A stretch of 64,000 bases of DNA from Prolixibacteraceae bacterium (GCA_003457135.1 DMSQ01000014.1:10759-74758); one strand, 5' to 3'; positions 39,061 through 51,833 are shown, counted from the stretch's first letter. Notes: a model not told the origin generated them from the sequence alone. Translations and numbers: made by a program.

Positions 39061-41565
39061 ATGTCGGAAGGCGAAAAAATTATCAAGATAAATATTGAAG
39101 AGCAAATGAAATCGGCTTACATCGATTATTCGATGTCTGTTATTGTTTCAAGAGCGCTTCCAGATGTGAGAGATGGTTTAAAGCCTGTACATCGTCGGGT
39201 ATTATTTGGAATGAGCGAATTGGGAACCTATTCGAATAAGCCTTATAAGAAATCAGCGAGGATTGTAGGGGAAGTTCTGGGGAAGTTTCACCCACACGGC
39301 GATTCATCCGTTTACTTTACCATGGTTCGTATGGCTCAGGAATGGTCGTTACGTTATCCATTGGTTGACGGACAAGGAAACTTTGGGTCAGTTGATGGCG
39401 ATAGTCCGGCTGCCATGCGTTATACCGAAGCCCGGTTGTCGAAAATTGCAGAAGAAACTCTTTCTGATCTGGAAAAAAATACGGTTGATTTCCAGCCCAA
39501 TTTTGACGAATCATTGAAAGAACCGACCGTTCTTCCTACCCGTATCCCAAATTTATTGGTCAACGGAGCATCTGGTATTGCTGTTGGTATGGCAACGAAC
39601 ATGCCTCCACATAACTTGTCGGATACCATTGATGCAATAGTAGCCTATATTGATAATAAAGATATTGATATACAAGATCTTACTGCAATAATAAAAGCTC
39701 CTGATTTTCCGACTGGCGGAATTATTTATGGATATCGCGGTGTTCAGGAAGCCTTCGAAACAGGAAGAGGTCGTATCGTGGTTCGGGGTAAAGCACATAT
39801 TGAAGTAACTCCAAATGGACGTGAAAAGGTAGTTGTTACTGAAATCCCTTACATGGTGAATAAAGCAGAGCTGATTATCAAAACTGCTGAATTAATCAAT
39901 GAAAAGAAAATTGAAGGGATTTCGAATGTCAATGATGAATCGGATCGTGACGGAATGCGCATTGTTTTTGATATTAAAAAAGATGAAATTTCGAATGTCG
40001 TACTGAATAAGCTTTACAAATTTACACAGTTACAAAACAGCTTCAGCGTGAATAATATTGCCCTCGTAAAAGGCAGGCCTAAAATGCTGAACCTAAAAGA
40101 TCTGATTCATTATTTTGTTGAACACCGGCACGATGTAGTGATACGCAGAACTCAATTTGAATTGGACCAGGCAGAAAAACGTGCTCATATTCTGGAAGGA
40201 CTTATTATTGCAAGCGATAACATTCAAGAAGTTATTGATATTATCCGGGCATCAAAAAATCCGGACGAAGCAAGACTTCAATTGTGCGAGCGTTTTAATC
40301 TCTCAGAAATTCAGTCTCGGGCCATCGTTGAAATGCGTTTGCGTCAACTCACAGGTTTGGAGCAGGATAAATTACATCAGGAATATGAAGACGTACTGAA
40401 ACAGATTGAATACCTGAAAGGTGTCTTGGCAGATATCAATCTGCGAATGGAAATCATTAAAAATGAACTACTTGAAATCAAGGAAAAGTATGGTGATGTA
40501 CGCAAAACTGAAATAGTTCCTGATGCAGGAGAATTTAATCCGGAGGATTTTTACGCCGATGAAGAAATGGTAATTACTATTTCACATATGGGTTATATAA
40601 AACGTACACCTCTGACTGATTTTAAAATACAGGGGAGGGGAGGAGTTGGTTCAAAAGGAAGTACAACAAGAGATTCCGACTTCCTTGAACATATGTTTAA
40701 TGCCACGATGCACAACACTTTACTTCTGTTTTCTGAAAAAGGTAAGTGTTTCTGGCTGAAAGTTTACGAAATCCCGGAAGGCACAAAAACGTCGAAGGGC
40801 CGGGCAATTCAAAATGTGATAAATATTGAACAGGACGATAAGATTTTAGCCTATATTAATGTTGACAACCTTACCGATCCTGAATACATTAATAATAATT
40901 TCATTATTCTGTGCACCAAAAAAGGAATTATTAAGAAGACAGCGCTTGAAGCATATTCCCGTCCACGTCAAAATGGAGTTAATGCAATTACCATCCGTGA
41001 AGATGACCAACTTTTTGAAGCCAGAATGACCAATGGAAATCATCACATCATGATGGCTGTCCGTTCAGGTAAAGCAGTTCGTTTTGAGGACCATAGCGTT
41101 CGTCCAATTGGAAGGACCGCATCAGGGGTAAGAGGGATTACCCTTGGAAACGACTTTGATGAAGTGGTTGGCATGGTTTGTGTTGAAAACGAAAACGAAG
41201 ACATTTTAGTAGTTTCTGAAAATGGTTATGGAAAACGATCGAAGATCGAAGATTACCGGTTAACCAACCGGGGAGGCAAAGGTGTTAAAACAATTAATGT
41301 AACTGAAAAAACCGGACCGCTGATATCGATTAAAAGTGTGGACGAAAGCAATGACCTGATGATTATCACGCAATCAGGACTTACAATCAGAATGTCAATT
41401 TCTGCACTTCGTATTATTGGAAGAACTGCCCAGGGTGTACGTTTGATTAATCTGAAAGAAGGAGATAAAATTGCTTCCATAACGATTGTTCCTGCAGCAG
41501 AGGATGAAATTGCCGAAATTCAGGATGAAATCATTGATTTATCTGAAGATATTGATAATATTTGA
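39061..41565 (+). CDS. gyrA: DNA gyrase subunit A
   Basis: HPHGDSS, AAMRYTE, GyrA-box QGRGGVG, C-terminal blades. Confidence 0.97.
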   Translation: MSEGEKIIKINIEEQMKSAYIDYSMSVIVSRALPDVRDGLKPVHRRVLFGMSELGTYSNKPYKKSARIVGEVLGKFHPHGDSSVYFTMVRMAQEWSLRYPLVDGQGNFGSVDGDSPAAMRYTEARLSKIAEETLSDLEKNTVDFQPNFDESLKEPTVLPTRIPNLLVNGASGIAVGMATNMPPHNLSDTIDAIVAYIDNKDIDIQDLTAIIKAPDFPTGGIIYGYRGVQEAFETGRGRIVVRGKAHIEVTPNGREKVVVTEIPYMVNKAELIIKTAELINEKKIEGISNVNDESDRDGMRIVFDIKKDEISNVVLNKLYKFTQLQNSFSVNNIALVKGRPKMLNLKDLIHYFVEHRHDVVIRRTQFELDQAEKRAHILEGLIIASDNIQEVIDIIRASKNPDEARLQLCERFNLSEIQSRAIVEMRLRQLTGLEQDKLHQEYEDVLKQIEYLKGVLADINLRMEIIKNELLEIKEKYGDVRKTEIVPDAGEFNPEDFYADEEMVITISHMGYIKRTPLTDFKIQGRGGVGSKGSTTRDSDFLEHMFNATMHNTLLLFSEKGKCFWLKVYEIPEGTKTSKGRAIQNVINIEQDDKILAYINVDNLTDPEYINNNFIILCTKKGIIKKTALEAYSRPRQNGVNAITIREDDQLFEARMTNGNHHIMMAVRSGKAVRFEDHSVRPIGRTASGVRGITLGNDFDEVVGMVCVENENEDILVVSENGYGKRSKIEDYRLTNRGGKGVKTINVTEKTGPLISIKSVDESNDLMIITQSGLTIRMSISALRIIGRTAQGVRLINLKEGDKIASITIVPAAEDEIAEIQDEIIDLSEDIDNI

Positions 41566-41611
41566 CGACTATTATTTAAATTTATGGTATAATAACAAAC
41601 TATTTAATAAA

Positions 41612-42793
41612 ATGAAGAGAACAACAATTTTATTTGCTTTACTTTTTGCCGTAACATGCGTATTCGCTCAGAAAGGCAAAGTAACCAGTGCTTTAAGTTT
41701 TAAAGAAACCGGTAAGCTCGACAAAGCGGTTGAAGCGATAGAAGAAACTATTGATGCAAGCAACCCAAAAACTGAAAGTTCAATTACCTGGCCAAGGACG
41801 TGGGAAGTTCGTGGAGAAATTTACCAGGCTGTTTTTCAATCGAAAGATGAAAACTACAAAAAGCTTAGTAGTGATCCACTTACAATCGCACTTGATTCTT
41901 ATTTAAAGGCATTACAACTTGATGATAAAGATCGTTTTTCGAAAAGTGTGAAGATCAAACTTACTCTTTTAATCGGAGATCTGACCAATCAGGCCATTGC
42001 CGCATTTAATGAAGAAAATTTCGAAAAAGCGTTAAAATCTTTTGAAATGATTATGGCAATTGAACAAACACCTGTGTATAAGGCTGATGATCCAAATGCT
42101 GTTGATACAGTAATCATGTTTAATGCGGGCCTGGCTGCTTACAATGCACAGAATTACGATAAAGCCATTGAATATTATAAACAAGCGGCCAAATACAAAT
42201 ATAACGGAGCAAAAACATACACACTGATTTCAAGTAGCTATCTCCAAAAGAAAGATACCGTTGGAGCTTTGGAGGTATTGCAGGAAGGATTGAAGGAATA
42301 TTCACAGGAAAGTTCTCTTTTAGTCGAAATAATTAATATCTATATTAATAAGAATAAAGTAGATGAAGCTATTAAGTATTTAGAGTTGGCGATTGCCCAG
42401 GATCCAAAGAATGCTACATTTTATTTTGCACAGGGAACGATGTATGATAGACTTCTGAAAACAGATGAAGCAATAAGCTGTTACCTCAAAGCTATTGAGT
42501 TGAAAGAAGACTATTTTGATGCTTATTACAACCTGGGCGCACTATATTACAATAAAGGAGTCAAACAGGTTGATATAGCTAATGCTGTTCCGAGTAATCA
42601 GCCTGAAAAGTATGAAGTTGAAAAAAACAAGGCTGATATTGAATTTAAAAAAGCAATTCCATATATGGAAAAAGCACATGAAATCAATCCAACCGATAAG
42701 TTTACAATGGAATCGCTGAAAACCTTGTATTACCGTTTAAAGATGTTGGATAAACATGCCGAGATCATTGAAAAGATGAAGACTAATCAATAA
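41612..42793 (+). CDS. Secreted TPR protein
   Basis: Signal peptide MKRTTILFALLFAVTCVFA, multiple TPRs. Confidence 0.85.
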   Translation: MKRTTILFALLFAVTCVFAQKGKVTSALSFKETGKLDKAVEAIEETIDASNPKTESSITWPRTWEVRGEIYQAVFQSKDENYKKLSSDPLTIALDSYLKALQLDDKDRFSKSVKIKLTLLIGDLTNQAIAAFNEENFEKALKSFEMIMAIEQTPVYKADDPNAVDTVIMFNAGLAAYNAQNYDKAIEYYKQAAKYKYNGAKTYTLISSSYLQKKDTVGALEVLQEGLKEYSQESSLLVEIINIYINKNKVDEAIKYLELAIAQDPKNATFYFAQGTMYDRLLKTDEAISCYLKAIELKEDYFDAYYNLGALYYNKGVKQVDIANAVPSNQPEKYEVEKNKADIEFKKAIPYMEKAHEINPTDKFTMESLKTLYYRLKMLDKHAEIIEKMKTNQ

Positions 42794-42803
42794 TTAAGAA
42801 TTT

Positions 42804-42830
42804 AGGAAGGAGTTTTCTCCTTCCTTTTTT
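42804..42830 (+). terminator. Intrinsic terminator
   Basis: AGGAAGGAG-TTTT-CTCCTTCCT followed by a T-run. Confidence 0.85.
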
Positions 42831-43320
42831 GCCATACAAAAATAACATAATATTAATTCTAAGACAAATGAGTGAAAAAATTGATTTATGAGTTTTTTTA
42901 TCATAACGAAGTCAATTTCCTTGGCTTCGTTGTAAATAACTGATCACTTTCCCATAAATATCGAACTCTGATAAAAGCCAAATAGTTTTAAATTTTTGGA
43001 CTGAAAAAATTTCACTTAAATGAATTGTAATTTCACTTTAATTAATTGTAGTTTGTACGTATTCTAAACTAACGTTTTCTGGAAGTGTCTACTGTACAAA
43101 ATCTTTGTTTGAGTTTCAATTTCATATTCACACATAGCATTTTAATTAATATTTTATACATGCCTGCTTGTTACATTTGTAATTTTACATTTAATGACAG
43201 TCTTAATTATCTCTTAATTAACATCTTATTATATTAACATATGTAAATGTAGGATAATTTAGACCTATGAAAGGATTTAATAATTCCCGTCAATACCTAT
43301 AACTTTCTTTTTCTTCATAA

Positions 43321-43830
43321 TTAATTGAACTGTGTTTTCAGGTCTTTAACCCATTCCGATATTCTTTCTTTTGTAAGTCGCGGTTGTGTTTCCTGATCCA
43401 GAACTAATCCCAGAAATTTACCATCAACTTCAGCCCGTGAAGATTCATAAGTATATCCATCAGTAGAAGTTAAACCAACCAGCTTTGCTCCTCTTTCCTG
43501 AACTAATTCGGCCATAATACCCACAGCGTCTCCGAAATTTTCAGGATATTCTATTTGATTTCCGAGACCAAAAATAGCTATTGTTTTGCCTTTCAGATTT
43601 AAATCCTCAATGGCAGGTACAAATTCATCCCAATAAATAGGTAATTCACCATCAAACCAGGTTGGTACACCCAAAATCAAATTCGTAAATGAGAGAAACA
43701 ATTCTTCTGTCAATTCTTCTGCATTAACTTTTTGAATGTTAAATTCAGGTTCAAATTCCTGAATGATTTTTTCAGCCGCTTTTGCTGTTTTAGTTGAACT
43801 AAAGCTGTAAAATATTCCTGTATTATTCAT
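43321..43830 (-). CDS. fldA: Long-chain flavodoxin
   Basis: GVPTWFDGEL, AIFGLGNQ, GLVLDQ. Confidence 0.85.
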   Translation of the reverse strand: MNNTGIFYSFSSTKTAKAAEKIIQEFEPEFNIQKVNAEELTEELFLSFTNLILGVPTWFDGELPIYWDEFVPAIEDLNLKGKTIAIFGLGNQIEYPENFGDAVGIMAELVQERGAKLVGLTSTDGYTYESSRAEVDGKFLGLVLDQETQPRLTKERISEWVKDLKTQFN

Positions 43831-43843
43831 GACATTCAAGTTA

Positions 43844-45886
43844 TTAATAAGCCAAAACTTCTTTGGCGGCGTTATAAATTTTTTCAGTATTTGGTAATAT
43901 CATTCGCTCGAAAGACCGGTGAAATCCAACAGGAGTAAATGACGAACCTACCCGTTTCACAGGTCCGTCCAGGTATTCAAATGCTTCTTCCATGATTACC
44001 GATGTAATTTCCGAACCAAAGCCTGAGTGTACTTTATCTTCGTGAACTACCATTACTTTGCCGATACGTTTAACCGAATTCAGAATAGTTTCCTTGTCAA
44101 GTGGAATTAATGAACGAAGGTCAATAACTTCAACAGATACTCCTTCTTTTGAAAGCTTTTCAGATGCTTCAAGGCACATGTGTGTCGTATTTCCATAGGT
44201 AATCATGACCAAATCTTCACCGTCGCGACGAATCCTGGCTTTTCCGAACGGAACTTCAAAATCATCCGGGATGACAGTTGCCGCTTTAGGATCGTTGTAA
44301 AGCGCTTTGGGTTCCATAAACATGGTCAAACCTCTTGATCTCATTGCTGTTCTTAACAAACCGGCTGCATCATCGGCAAACGACGGATATACAATCCGAA
44401 CCCCGGGAATTGACGTCAAGGCTCCTTCTATATTCTGAGAGTGGTATATTCCTCCGCCAATATAGCCGCCCGATGCAAGCCGAATGGTTACATTGGGAGT
44501 AAACTGACCATTCGAACGCCAGTAATCGTGACTCGAATCAACATACTGTTCCATCGCCGGCCAAAAGTAATCAGCAAACTCGGCGCCTTCAATCACAATC
44601 CTGATTTTTTCGTCGTATCTCGACATTCCATTTGCAGTACCAACAATGAAATCCTCGGCAATTGGGGCATTAAAAACCCGTTTAATTCCAAATTCCTTTT
44701 GTAAACCTTTGGAAACATTAAAAATGCCACCTTTGTCTTTGTTAGCCATATCCTGTCCCCAGATAAAGGTATCGGGATTATGCCTGAATTCAGCTTTCAG
44801 TGTTTCATTCAGCGCAGTGATCAGCTTTTTCTTTTCACCGGTTTCCTGATGGGTTCCATCAGGATATTTTACCGGAATGTGAGGTTCAGGAAGAACAAAG
44901 TCCAGGTAAGTTGATGGATCTGGATCCGGGGCTTTTAAAGCTTGCTTATGTGCTTCTTTTAGCTCATTTTTAGCCCGATTTTCGATAAGTTCAAGCTCTT
45001 CAGCAGTAAACCTTTCGTATCGAACCAACATTCGTTTAAACTTAAATAAAGGATCATAATCCAAAACATAACCACGTTCATCCTCCGAACGGTATAATTC
45101 ATGCCTGTCGGAATTGGAATGCGAGTGCATACGAACGCAATTGGCCTGTACCATTACAGGCATACCGGTATCCAAAGCATGTCGCTTGGCTTCAAACATA
45201 GCATTCATCGAATCGAAAACATCTTTTCCATTGCAATGAATAATCCGGAGATTTTTAAATCCGGTGAAATTATTGGCCACTTTACGGTTTGCAGTCTGGT
45301 CTTTTTTGGGAACTGAAATTCCGTATCCATTATCCTGTATGGCAAATATTACCGGTAATTTTTCTTTTGAAGCACCATTAATGGCTTCATAAACGTAGCC
45401 TTCGGATAACGAAGATTCGCCCTGAACACTGATGGCAACAGCTTTTTCGCCATAATATTTAATTGCACGGGCCACTCCTACTGCATGTAGAGTGTGGTTG
45501 CCTGTCAGGGATGAAACATTGTGTATATTCCAGGCAATTTTAGCAAAGTGATTCGACATGTGTCTTCCACCGCTGGTAAGGTCAGTAGCCTTTGAGATTC
45601 CGTTCAGGATAATTTCCTCTGCTGTCAGCCCACATGATAATGCTGTGAGCATATCACGGTAATATAAAAATATGTGGTCAACCTCTTTTTCAAATGTTTG
45701 CCCGATAGCGAGCTGAATTCCATCATGTCCGGCATATGGGGCATGGTACGACCACCCGATGGCTTGTTTCAGGTAATTCGGCGCTTTTTCGTCGAGCGCC
45801 CGGCCTAATGTCATCAAATGGTACCATTTTTCAAGTATTTCTTTGGGTGTGGTTTTAACCGAAAATACTTTTGGAACTGTTGTCAT
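43844..45886 (-). CDS. 2-oxoacid (likely branched-chain) dehydrogenase E1, fused alpha+beta
   Basis: TPP motif GESSLSEG...QDN, RMHSHS, APIAE, GGIYHSQ. Confidence 0.88.
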   Translation of the reverse strand: MTTVPKVFSVKTTPKEILEKWYHLMTLGRALDEKAPNYLKQAIGWSYHAPYAGHDGIQLAIGQTFEKEVDHIFLYYRDMLTALSCGLTAEEIILNGISKATDLTSGGRHMSNHFAKIAWNIHNVSSLTGNHTLHAVGVARAIKYYGEKAVAISVQGESSLSEGYVYEAINGASKEKLPVIFAIQDNGYGISVPKKDQTANRKVANNFTGFKNLRIIHCNGKDVFDSMNAMFEAKRHALDTGMPVMVQANCVRMHSHSNSDRHELYRSEDERGYVLDYDPLFKFKRMLVRYERFTAEELELIENRAKNELKEAHKQALKAPDPDPSTYLDFVLPEPHIPVKYPDGTHQETGEKKKLITALNETLKAEFRHNPDTFIWGQDMANKDKGGIFNVSKGLQKEFGIKRVFNAPIAEDFIVGTANGMSRYDEKIRIVIEGAEFADYFWPAMEQYVDSSHDYWRSNGQFTPNVTIRLASGGYIGGGIYHSQNIEGALTSIPGVRIVYPSFADDAAGLLRTAMRSRGLTMFMEPKALYNDPKAATVIPDDFEVPFGKARIRRDGEDLVMITYGNTTHMCLEASEKLSKEGVSVEVIDLRSLIPLDKETILNSVKRIGKVMVVHEDKVHSGFGSEITSVIMEEAFEYLDGPVKRVGSSFTPVGFHRSFERMILPNTEKIYNAAKEVLAY

Positions 45887-45909
45887 AGATCTTGTTTTAT
45901 TTATTGAAT

Positions 45910-47241
45910 TTAAATTTCACGATTAATATTGAATTCTTCAAGAATGTCCGCTATTCGCCTCAGAAAAGCACCGCCCAAAGCGCCATCTATGATTCTGTGA
46001 TCATATGATAAAGACAAAAACATTTTATGGCGTACAACAATAGCATCACCTGTAGAGGTTTCCATAACCGCTGGTTTTTTCTCGATACTTCCGGTAGCCA
46101 GGATAGCAACCTGAGGCTGGTTAATTATCGGAGTACCAATCAGGTTACGGAACGAACCAAAATTGGTAATGGTAAAAGTTCCTCCCTGATAATCTTCAAC
46201 TGTCAGTTTGTTCTTGCGTGCAGCATCAGCCAACTGATTCAGGTTACGGGTTAGACCAACCAGATTTTTTTGTTCCGCATTTTTGATCACAGGAACAACC
46301 AGGTTTCCATCAGGCTTTGCAACCGCAATGGCAATGTTTACATCCTTGTGCATAATGATGTTATATCCGTCAACTGATGAATTCAATAATGGGAATTCAG
46401 TAATCGCCCGTGCCACAGCCTCAGTAAATAAAGGCATATAAGTAATTTTTTCACCATATTTGGCAAGGTATTCATCTTTAACCTTAGTTCTCCATAATAC
46501 CAGGTTGGTTACATCAGCTTCTACGACAACAGTCACATGCGGTGAAACTTGTTTCGACATCACCATGTGATCGGCAATAATTTTCCGAACCCGGTCCATT
46601 TCAATGATCTGATCATTCAGGCCTGGTGTAACTGAAGCTTTTAAAGGCAAGTGTATATCCTTTACTATCGTTGCTTTTGGGGTAATATTTCCCTTCTTGC
46701 GGTCATCAACATACGCAAGTATGTCCTTTTTCTGAACCCTGTCATTTAATCCTGAACCTTTAATGGTTTCCAGTTCAGATAAACTTACCTGCTCTGAATT
46801 AGCAATTGACAAAACTAAAGGCGAGTAAAATCTGGTTGATTTGGGTTCAGTTATATCAACTGAAGGTTTTTGTTCAGCAACATTAACCGGTACACTTTTC
46901 TGAATTGATTCTTTCACTTCTTTTTGCTCCTGCACTGCTGGTTTTTCAGGTTCCGGAGCAGTTGACTTTTCTTCTGGCTCGTTTTGCGGTTCATCATCAC
47001 CTTCTGTCGTAATAATTGCTACTGTATCGCCCACCGGAACAAGTGCATTAACCTGAAAAAATATTTTCTTTATAATGCCATCAACCGGAGATGGAATTTC
47101 AGAATCAACCTTATCAGTCGCAACCTCAAAAAGAGGTTCATCTTCTTCAATTCGATCGCCTTCTTTTACAAACCATTTGGTAATGGTAGCTTCCTGGACG
47201 CTTTCGCCCAATTTTGGCATCTGGATTTTAAATTCTGACAT
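45910..47241 (-). CDS. Dihydrolipoamide acyltransferase E2
   Basis: Lipoyl motif EVATDKVDSE, E3-binding region, catalytic DHRIIDG. Confidence 0.92.
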   Translation of the reverse strand: MSEFKIQMPKLGESVQEATITKWFVKEGDRIEEDEPLFEVATDKVDSEIPSPVDGIIKKIFFQVNALVPVGDTVAIITTEGDDEPQNEPEEKSTAPEPEKPAVQEQKEVKESIQKSVPVNVAEQKPSVDITEPKSTRFYSPLVLSIANSEQVSLSELETIKGSGLNDRVQKKDILAYVDDRKKGNITPKATIVKDIHLPLKASVTPGLNDQIIEMDRVRKIIADHMVMSKQVSPHVTVVVEADVTNLVLWRTKVKDEYLAKYGEKITYMPLFTEAVARAITEFPLLNSSVDGYNIIMHKDVNIAIAVAKPDGNLVVPVIKNAEQKNLVGLTRNLNQLADAARKNKLTVEDYQGGTFTITNFGSFRNLIGTPIINQPQVAILATGSIEKKPAVMETSTGDAIVVRHKMFLSLSYDHRIIDGALGGAFLRRIADILEEFNINREI

Positions 47242-47344
47242 AAATTCATTAATTATTTAACATTTATAGCTTCATGTTTTCACACAAACTAACAAGATAC
47301 AGATTGAAAAGTTCAATCCAGAATAACTATCAGGCCCTGCGGGA

Positions 47345-47385
47345 AACAAAAAAGAGAGATAATCTGATTTCATTTTATCTCTCTT
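47345..47385 (-). terminator. Intrinsic terminator of the pyrK-pyrD-hydrolase operon
   Basis: 11-bp stem AAGAGAGATAA/TTATCTCTCTT with U-tract on the minus strand. Confidence 0.75.
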
Positions 47386-47411
47386 AAATTCATAGTTTAA
47401 ATTTGTGATTG

Positions 47412-48728
47412 TTAAAGTTTTTCAGGAACATATTTAAACAAATCGTGCCTGGGCCAGTTTGATAAATTCTTCTCAATTTTGCCCATCATATAATTGATGT
47501 ATGCCGGTAATCTGGGACCTTTCCAACTACTTGAATTAATAACTACCACCCATGAAAATCCGTTACTTTGCCTTTTCATTATCGCTGAAGTACCAGCCAT
47601 ACTTCCTGTTCTGATCCAATCTCCGTTCTTTTTTACCACTTTCCATCCAAGTGGTCCACTCAAATCATCCTCTTCAACCATTTGGTTTATTAATGACTGG
47701 GGTAACATATCGGGAACATTTTTGAAACCATCAATTTGAACCATCAATTTGGCTAATTCAACCGAAGATGCAATCCAGCCACCAGCAGGCCCAAGCAATT
47801 CTATCGGATTTCCACCATAAGGTTTGGGAACCAATCTGCTTGATCCGTCAAATGCAGGAATCATTGGACTTTCTTCGGCTTCATAATATTTTACCTCGTT
47901 GATCCGCCGTTCAGCTAAATAACTTCTGCCTATATGCATATCCGAAATTCCTGCTGGTATTAAAACTTCCTTCCGAACGAAATCTTCATATTTTCGTCCG
48001 GTTACCACATTAATTACTTTCCCAAGAAACATGTAACCCATATTTGAATAAGACGAACGGGTTCCGGGCTCAAAATGAAGTCTTCTGGTGGCAACAAACC
48101 GGCAATAGGAATCCAATGTTGCAGCCCCTTTTTCTCCGGTCCTTTCCAGTACGACCAATGAGTTAAATGCCGGATCGCCATAATGTAACGACCACCCGCC
48201 TGAATGAGCTAAAAGCTGACGTATTGTAATGTTATACAATCTTTTATCAACTACTGAATTAAATACAGGATCTTTTAAAATTCCATGAGGTCCAAATACT
48301 TTTGAATCGAGAGAAATTAATTTCTTTTCGACCAGTTTCATGATTGCAACAGCCGTAATTAGTTTGCTGACACTGGCCACGCGAAACAAATCTCCAGGTG
48401 AAACCTGTTGCCTGGTTTCAATATCAGAATAACCAAAACCCTGAGCATAAACAAGCTTGCCGTCTTTGACGATAGCCATAGTCATTCCAGCCAAATTCCA
48501 CTGCTGCAAAAATCCATTAGCCTCCTTTTCAATGAAACTGCTACCTGAAAACTCAGACAGATCATTGGAAATTAAATAATTCAGACCAACTGATTCTGAT
48601 TCTTCGTTTAGATTAGGCATCTCATTCGGGCCTAAATGAAATGTACAAGTGGGAACGATGAGAAAAATAATCAAAACGTACCTGAAAAACTTAATTGTGC
48701 AGATTTGTGCTTTAATGAAATTCAACAT
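47412..48728 (-). CDS. Serine hydrolase, beta-lactamase/AmpC family
   Basis: SVSK (SxxK), YSN, LLAHSGG. Confidence 0.85.
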   Translation of the reverse strand: MLNFIKAQICTIKFFRYVLIIFLIVPTCTFHLGPNEMPNLNEESESVGLNYLISNDLSEFSGSSFIEKEANGFLQQWNLAGMTMAIVKDGKLVYAQGFGYSDIETRQQVSPGDLFRVASVSKLITAVAIMKLVEKKLISLDSKVFGPHGILKDPVFNSVVDKRLYNITIRQLLAHSGGWSLHYGDPAFNSLVVLERTGEKGAATLDSYCRFVATRRLHFEPGTRSSYSNMGYMFLGKVINVVTGRKYEDFVRKEVLIPAGISDMHIGRSYLAERRINEVKYYEAEESPMIPAFDGSSRLVPKPYGGNPIELLGPAGGWIASSVELAKLMVQIDGFKNVPDMLPQSLINQMVEEDDLSGPLGWKVVKKNGDWIRTGSMAGTSAIMKRQSNGFSWVVVINSSSWKGPRLPAYINYMMGKIEKNLSNWPRHDLFKYVPEKL

Positions 48729-49633
48729 TGTAAACTTCCAATTATTTCATTAACTGACTGAATTTTATGCCGTTCCATATATTCTGAAATACCATTAATA
48801 ATTTTCACAGGTACAGCCGGATCAATAAAAAGCGCTGTACCAACCTGAATTGCAGAAGCGCCGGCAATCATAAATTCCAGAGCATCCGTGGCATTCATGA
48901 TGCCTCCCATTCCCATAACCGGGATTTTCACAGCATTATATACCTGCCAAACCATCCGAAGAGCAATTGGCTTTATGGCAGGGCCTGAAAGACCGCCGGT
49001 CACTGTAGATAAAACCGGTTTTCTGCTTTCTGCATTTACCGCCATGCCGAGCAAAGTATTAATTAGCGAAACACTATCTGCCCCCTGGCCTTCAACTGCC
49101 TTTGCAATTTCGGATATATTGGTAACATTCGGTGAAAGTTTGACTATGAGGGTTTTACTATATGCTTTTCTGACAGCTTTAACTACTGCTTCAGCCGAAA
49201 CACAACTAATCCCGAAGGCCATTCCCCCTTCTTTTACGTTCGGACAACTGATGTTTAATTCTATGGCCGGAATTTTTTCAAGTTCATCCAACCGTTCAGT
49301 TAATGCCACATAATCTTCAATAGTTGAACCATTTACATTTACTATGATATGAGTATTCAAATCTTTAATCCGTGGATAAATATTAGATATGAAATTATCA
49401 ACACCCTTGTTTTGTAATCCAACCGCATTGAGCATACCAGATGGAGTTTCAGCCATTCTTGGATATGCATTTCCTTCCCTGTGCTTTAAGGTAGTTCCCT
49501 TTACAACAATACCACCAAGAAGCGACAAATCAAAAAAATCAGCAATTTCTTCGCCAAATCCACAAGTTCCGGACGCTGTCAATACCGGATTTTTAAAATC
49601 AAGCTCATGAATTTTTACACTTAAATTCACCAT
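48722..49633 (-). CDS. pyrD: Dihydroorotate dehydrogenase 1B catalytic subunit
   Basis: [19 protein letters not shown]. Confidence 0.93.
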   Translation of the reverse strand: MVNLSVKIHELDFKNPVLTASGTCGFGEEIADFFDLSLLGGIVVKGTTLKHREGNAYPRMAETPSGMLNAVGLQNKGVDNFISNIYPRIKDLNTHIIVNVNGSTIEDYVALTERLDELEKIPAIELNISCPNVKEGGMAFGISCVSAEAVVKAVRKAYSKTLIVKLSPNVTNISEIAKAVEGQGADSVSLINTLLGMAVNAESRKPVLSTVTGGLSGPAIKPIALRMVWQVYNAVKIPVMGMGGIMNATDALEFMIAGASAIQVGTALFIDPAVPVKIINGISEYMERHKIQSVNEIIGSLQC

Positions 49634-50400
49634 TTCAGATCATTTACATTAAACACAGGTCCATCGGTACACACACATTTATGACCGGTTTTGGTATCTT
49701 CGACACAGCACAAACATACACCAAAACCACAAGCCATCATATTTTCGAGCGATACTTCACAGAAAATCCCCTTATCAATTGCTTTTCTTCCTATGGCCTT
49801 CATCATCAAATCCGGTCCACAGGCATATATTTTATTATAGCGATTAAATTGTTCGCTGAAGACCGGATGATCGGTTACATAACCCTTTTCTCCTAATGAA
49901 CCGTCTTCTGTTGTAAAATAAAACATTCCATACGGCTGATATTCAGAAATATCAATATGATCGGAAACAGACCTGGCGCCAATTAAAACCGTAACATTGG
50001 CAGGATTCAACTGACATATTTTCGAAAGAAACAACATGGGAGCAACGCCGCTTCCACCACCTATTAATAAAATATGATCTTGGTTATCAGGTAAAGTAAA
50101 CGATTTTCCAAGAGGGAAAATGGCATTTATAGTTTCCCCGAGCCGGGCTTCGGTCAATTTTTTAGATCCCCTTCCGAGAATCTTGACTAACAGGGATATA
50201 GTTTGCTTTTCGTAATCAACATTCAATACAGAAAATGGACGACGCAGAAAAATCTCAGGAGATCCTTTAATTTCAACATTGATAAACTGACCGGGGAAAA
50301 TATCAGAAACCGGGACTGGAGACTGAAGAACAAGTAAGAAATTATCTTTATTAAGTTGCTTATTTTCAATCAATAAGAAATCAGTAACCGTCTTTTTCAT
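49627..50400 (-). CDS. pyrK: Dihydroorotate dehydrogenase electron-transfer subunit
   Basis: [22 protein letters not shown]...C [2Fe-2S] motif; alternative ATG at 50406. Confidence 0.92.
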   Translation of the reverse strand: MKKTVTDFLLIENKQLNKDNFLLVLQSPVPVSDIFPGQFINVEIKGSPEIFLRRPFSVLNVDYEKQTISLLVKILGRGSKKLTEARLGETINAIFPLGKSFTLPDNQDHILLIGGGSGVAPMLFLSKICQLNPANVTVLIGARSVSDHIDISEYQPYGMFYFTTEDGSLGEKGYVTDHPVFSEQFNRYNKIYACGPDLMMKAIGRKAIDKGIFCEVSLENMMACGFGVCLCCVEDTKTGHKCVCTDGPVFNVNDLKW

Positions 50401-50436
50401 GAACATGAATTTGCCGGCAAATATAGTTTAAAAAAA

Positions 50437-50910
50437 TTATCTCGATGGGTTGTAAACTTTAAATGTTGCATCTTTAAAGAAAACTATCAGGCGTTCAACA
50501 GGTTTTTCCGAACTAAAAAATTGATCCTGAAGCTCATGGTCAGATGTTGCTTTTTCTGATATTGGTCCAGGAATGATTTCTTGTGCCTGAATTGGTTTTT
50601 GCTCATTGGTGATAGTTTTTTCAAGAATCTTCTCAGTTTTAATTTGAGTTTGGCTGATTGGTTCTGTATCCTGATCAAATAAAGTTCGTGATTTGACTGG
50701 GGTATCAACCATTGATCCGGTTCCTAACAGGAGCCATTTTGCATTCAGATCAGGATATATCTGTAACATCTTTTCTATAAACTGGAAGCTTGGTTTGTTT
50801 CTGGCTTTTAAAACATGTGTTACATTCGAACGTTGTACTCCGATAGTATCGGCAAGTTCCGAAGCAGATATCCCTTTATATTCCATGAATTTCCTGATTC
50901 TTTCTTCCAT
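50437..50910 (-). CDS. XRE-family HTH regulator
   Basis: SELADTIGVQRSNVTHVLKARNKPS, WLLLGTGSM. Confidence 0.85.
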   Translation of the reverse strand: MEERIRKFMEYKGISASELADTIGVQRSNVTHVLKARNKPSFQFIEKMLQIYPDLNAKWLLLGTGSMVDTPVKSRTLFDQDTEPISQTQIKTEKILEKTITNEQKPIQAQEIIPGPISEKATSDHELQDQFFSSEKPVERLIVFFKDATFKVYNPSR

Positions 50911-51833
50911 ACTAAATGTGAATTAGCTAATGCACAAATGTATCAAATTTATTTCATTTATGAATTTGCATTTGGCAATTACTCTAAGTTACATTTGTGT
51001 GCATAAATTTTTAGAACAATCAATTTATTCAAAATAATAGTTAATTAATAACTTCATATACATCTGATATAAAATTCATATACAGTACTATTAATTATCT
51101 AATTATAGCAATATTTGCCTATAATTAACAATCTTAAACAATTATCAACATTATTAGATGAATTAAATGATACTAACTTACTGTATGTAAATACTATATT
51201 TGTTAAAATACGAATAAAAAATATTCATAATTTTCTATGTTATAGTTGTAAATTACTCAATGAATATTTTTTAAACTAATGACAATATTGTTCATTTACA
51301 TTTGTTGTATTATTACATTTGCTTCATATGTAAATTAGTTTATTTGAAATCATTCCATTCTCATTTGTAAATTGTCGTACAATTTTCATGTAGTCAGTTT
51401 ATAGAACTGGATTAAATTATTGATTGAAGAATTTGATTGCCGATTGAAACTCGTGGAAAATAGAAACATCTGATAGAATTTCACAAAGTAAAGCTTTCTG
51501 AATCCTTGCTCTCTTCCCTACCCTTTGATTATTTTTGTTGAGCTCTGTAGTTATTTACAATTTTCTTTCCTAAGCTAAAACTGGATTTCATGCTAATTTT
51601 CATGAGCACTGTCGTTACAGATTAAAATATGGAACTCTCAAGCGCATAAATATTCGATATTTGTCGGTAAATATTTTGATATCAGTGCAATAATCCTAAT
51701 CTCCTGCTAAGGAAAACTAAACCAATCTGTATATAAACTGTTACAACGGAAAAATAATGTATTTAAATTTGCTTGTAATTCTGAAAACAGAATTGAAAAT
51801 GTGTAATTTTCTTTTTTGAAATACTTAGTGTTT

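Noticed and set aside
50911-51833. Chromosomal oriC
   Set aside because: Only isolated imperfect DnaA-box-like matches (TTATCAACA near 51142), with no box cluster and no dnaA/gidA context
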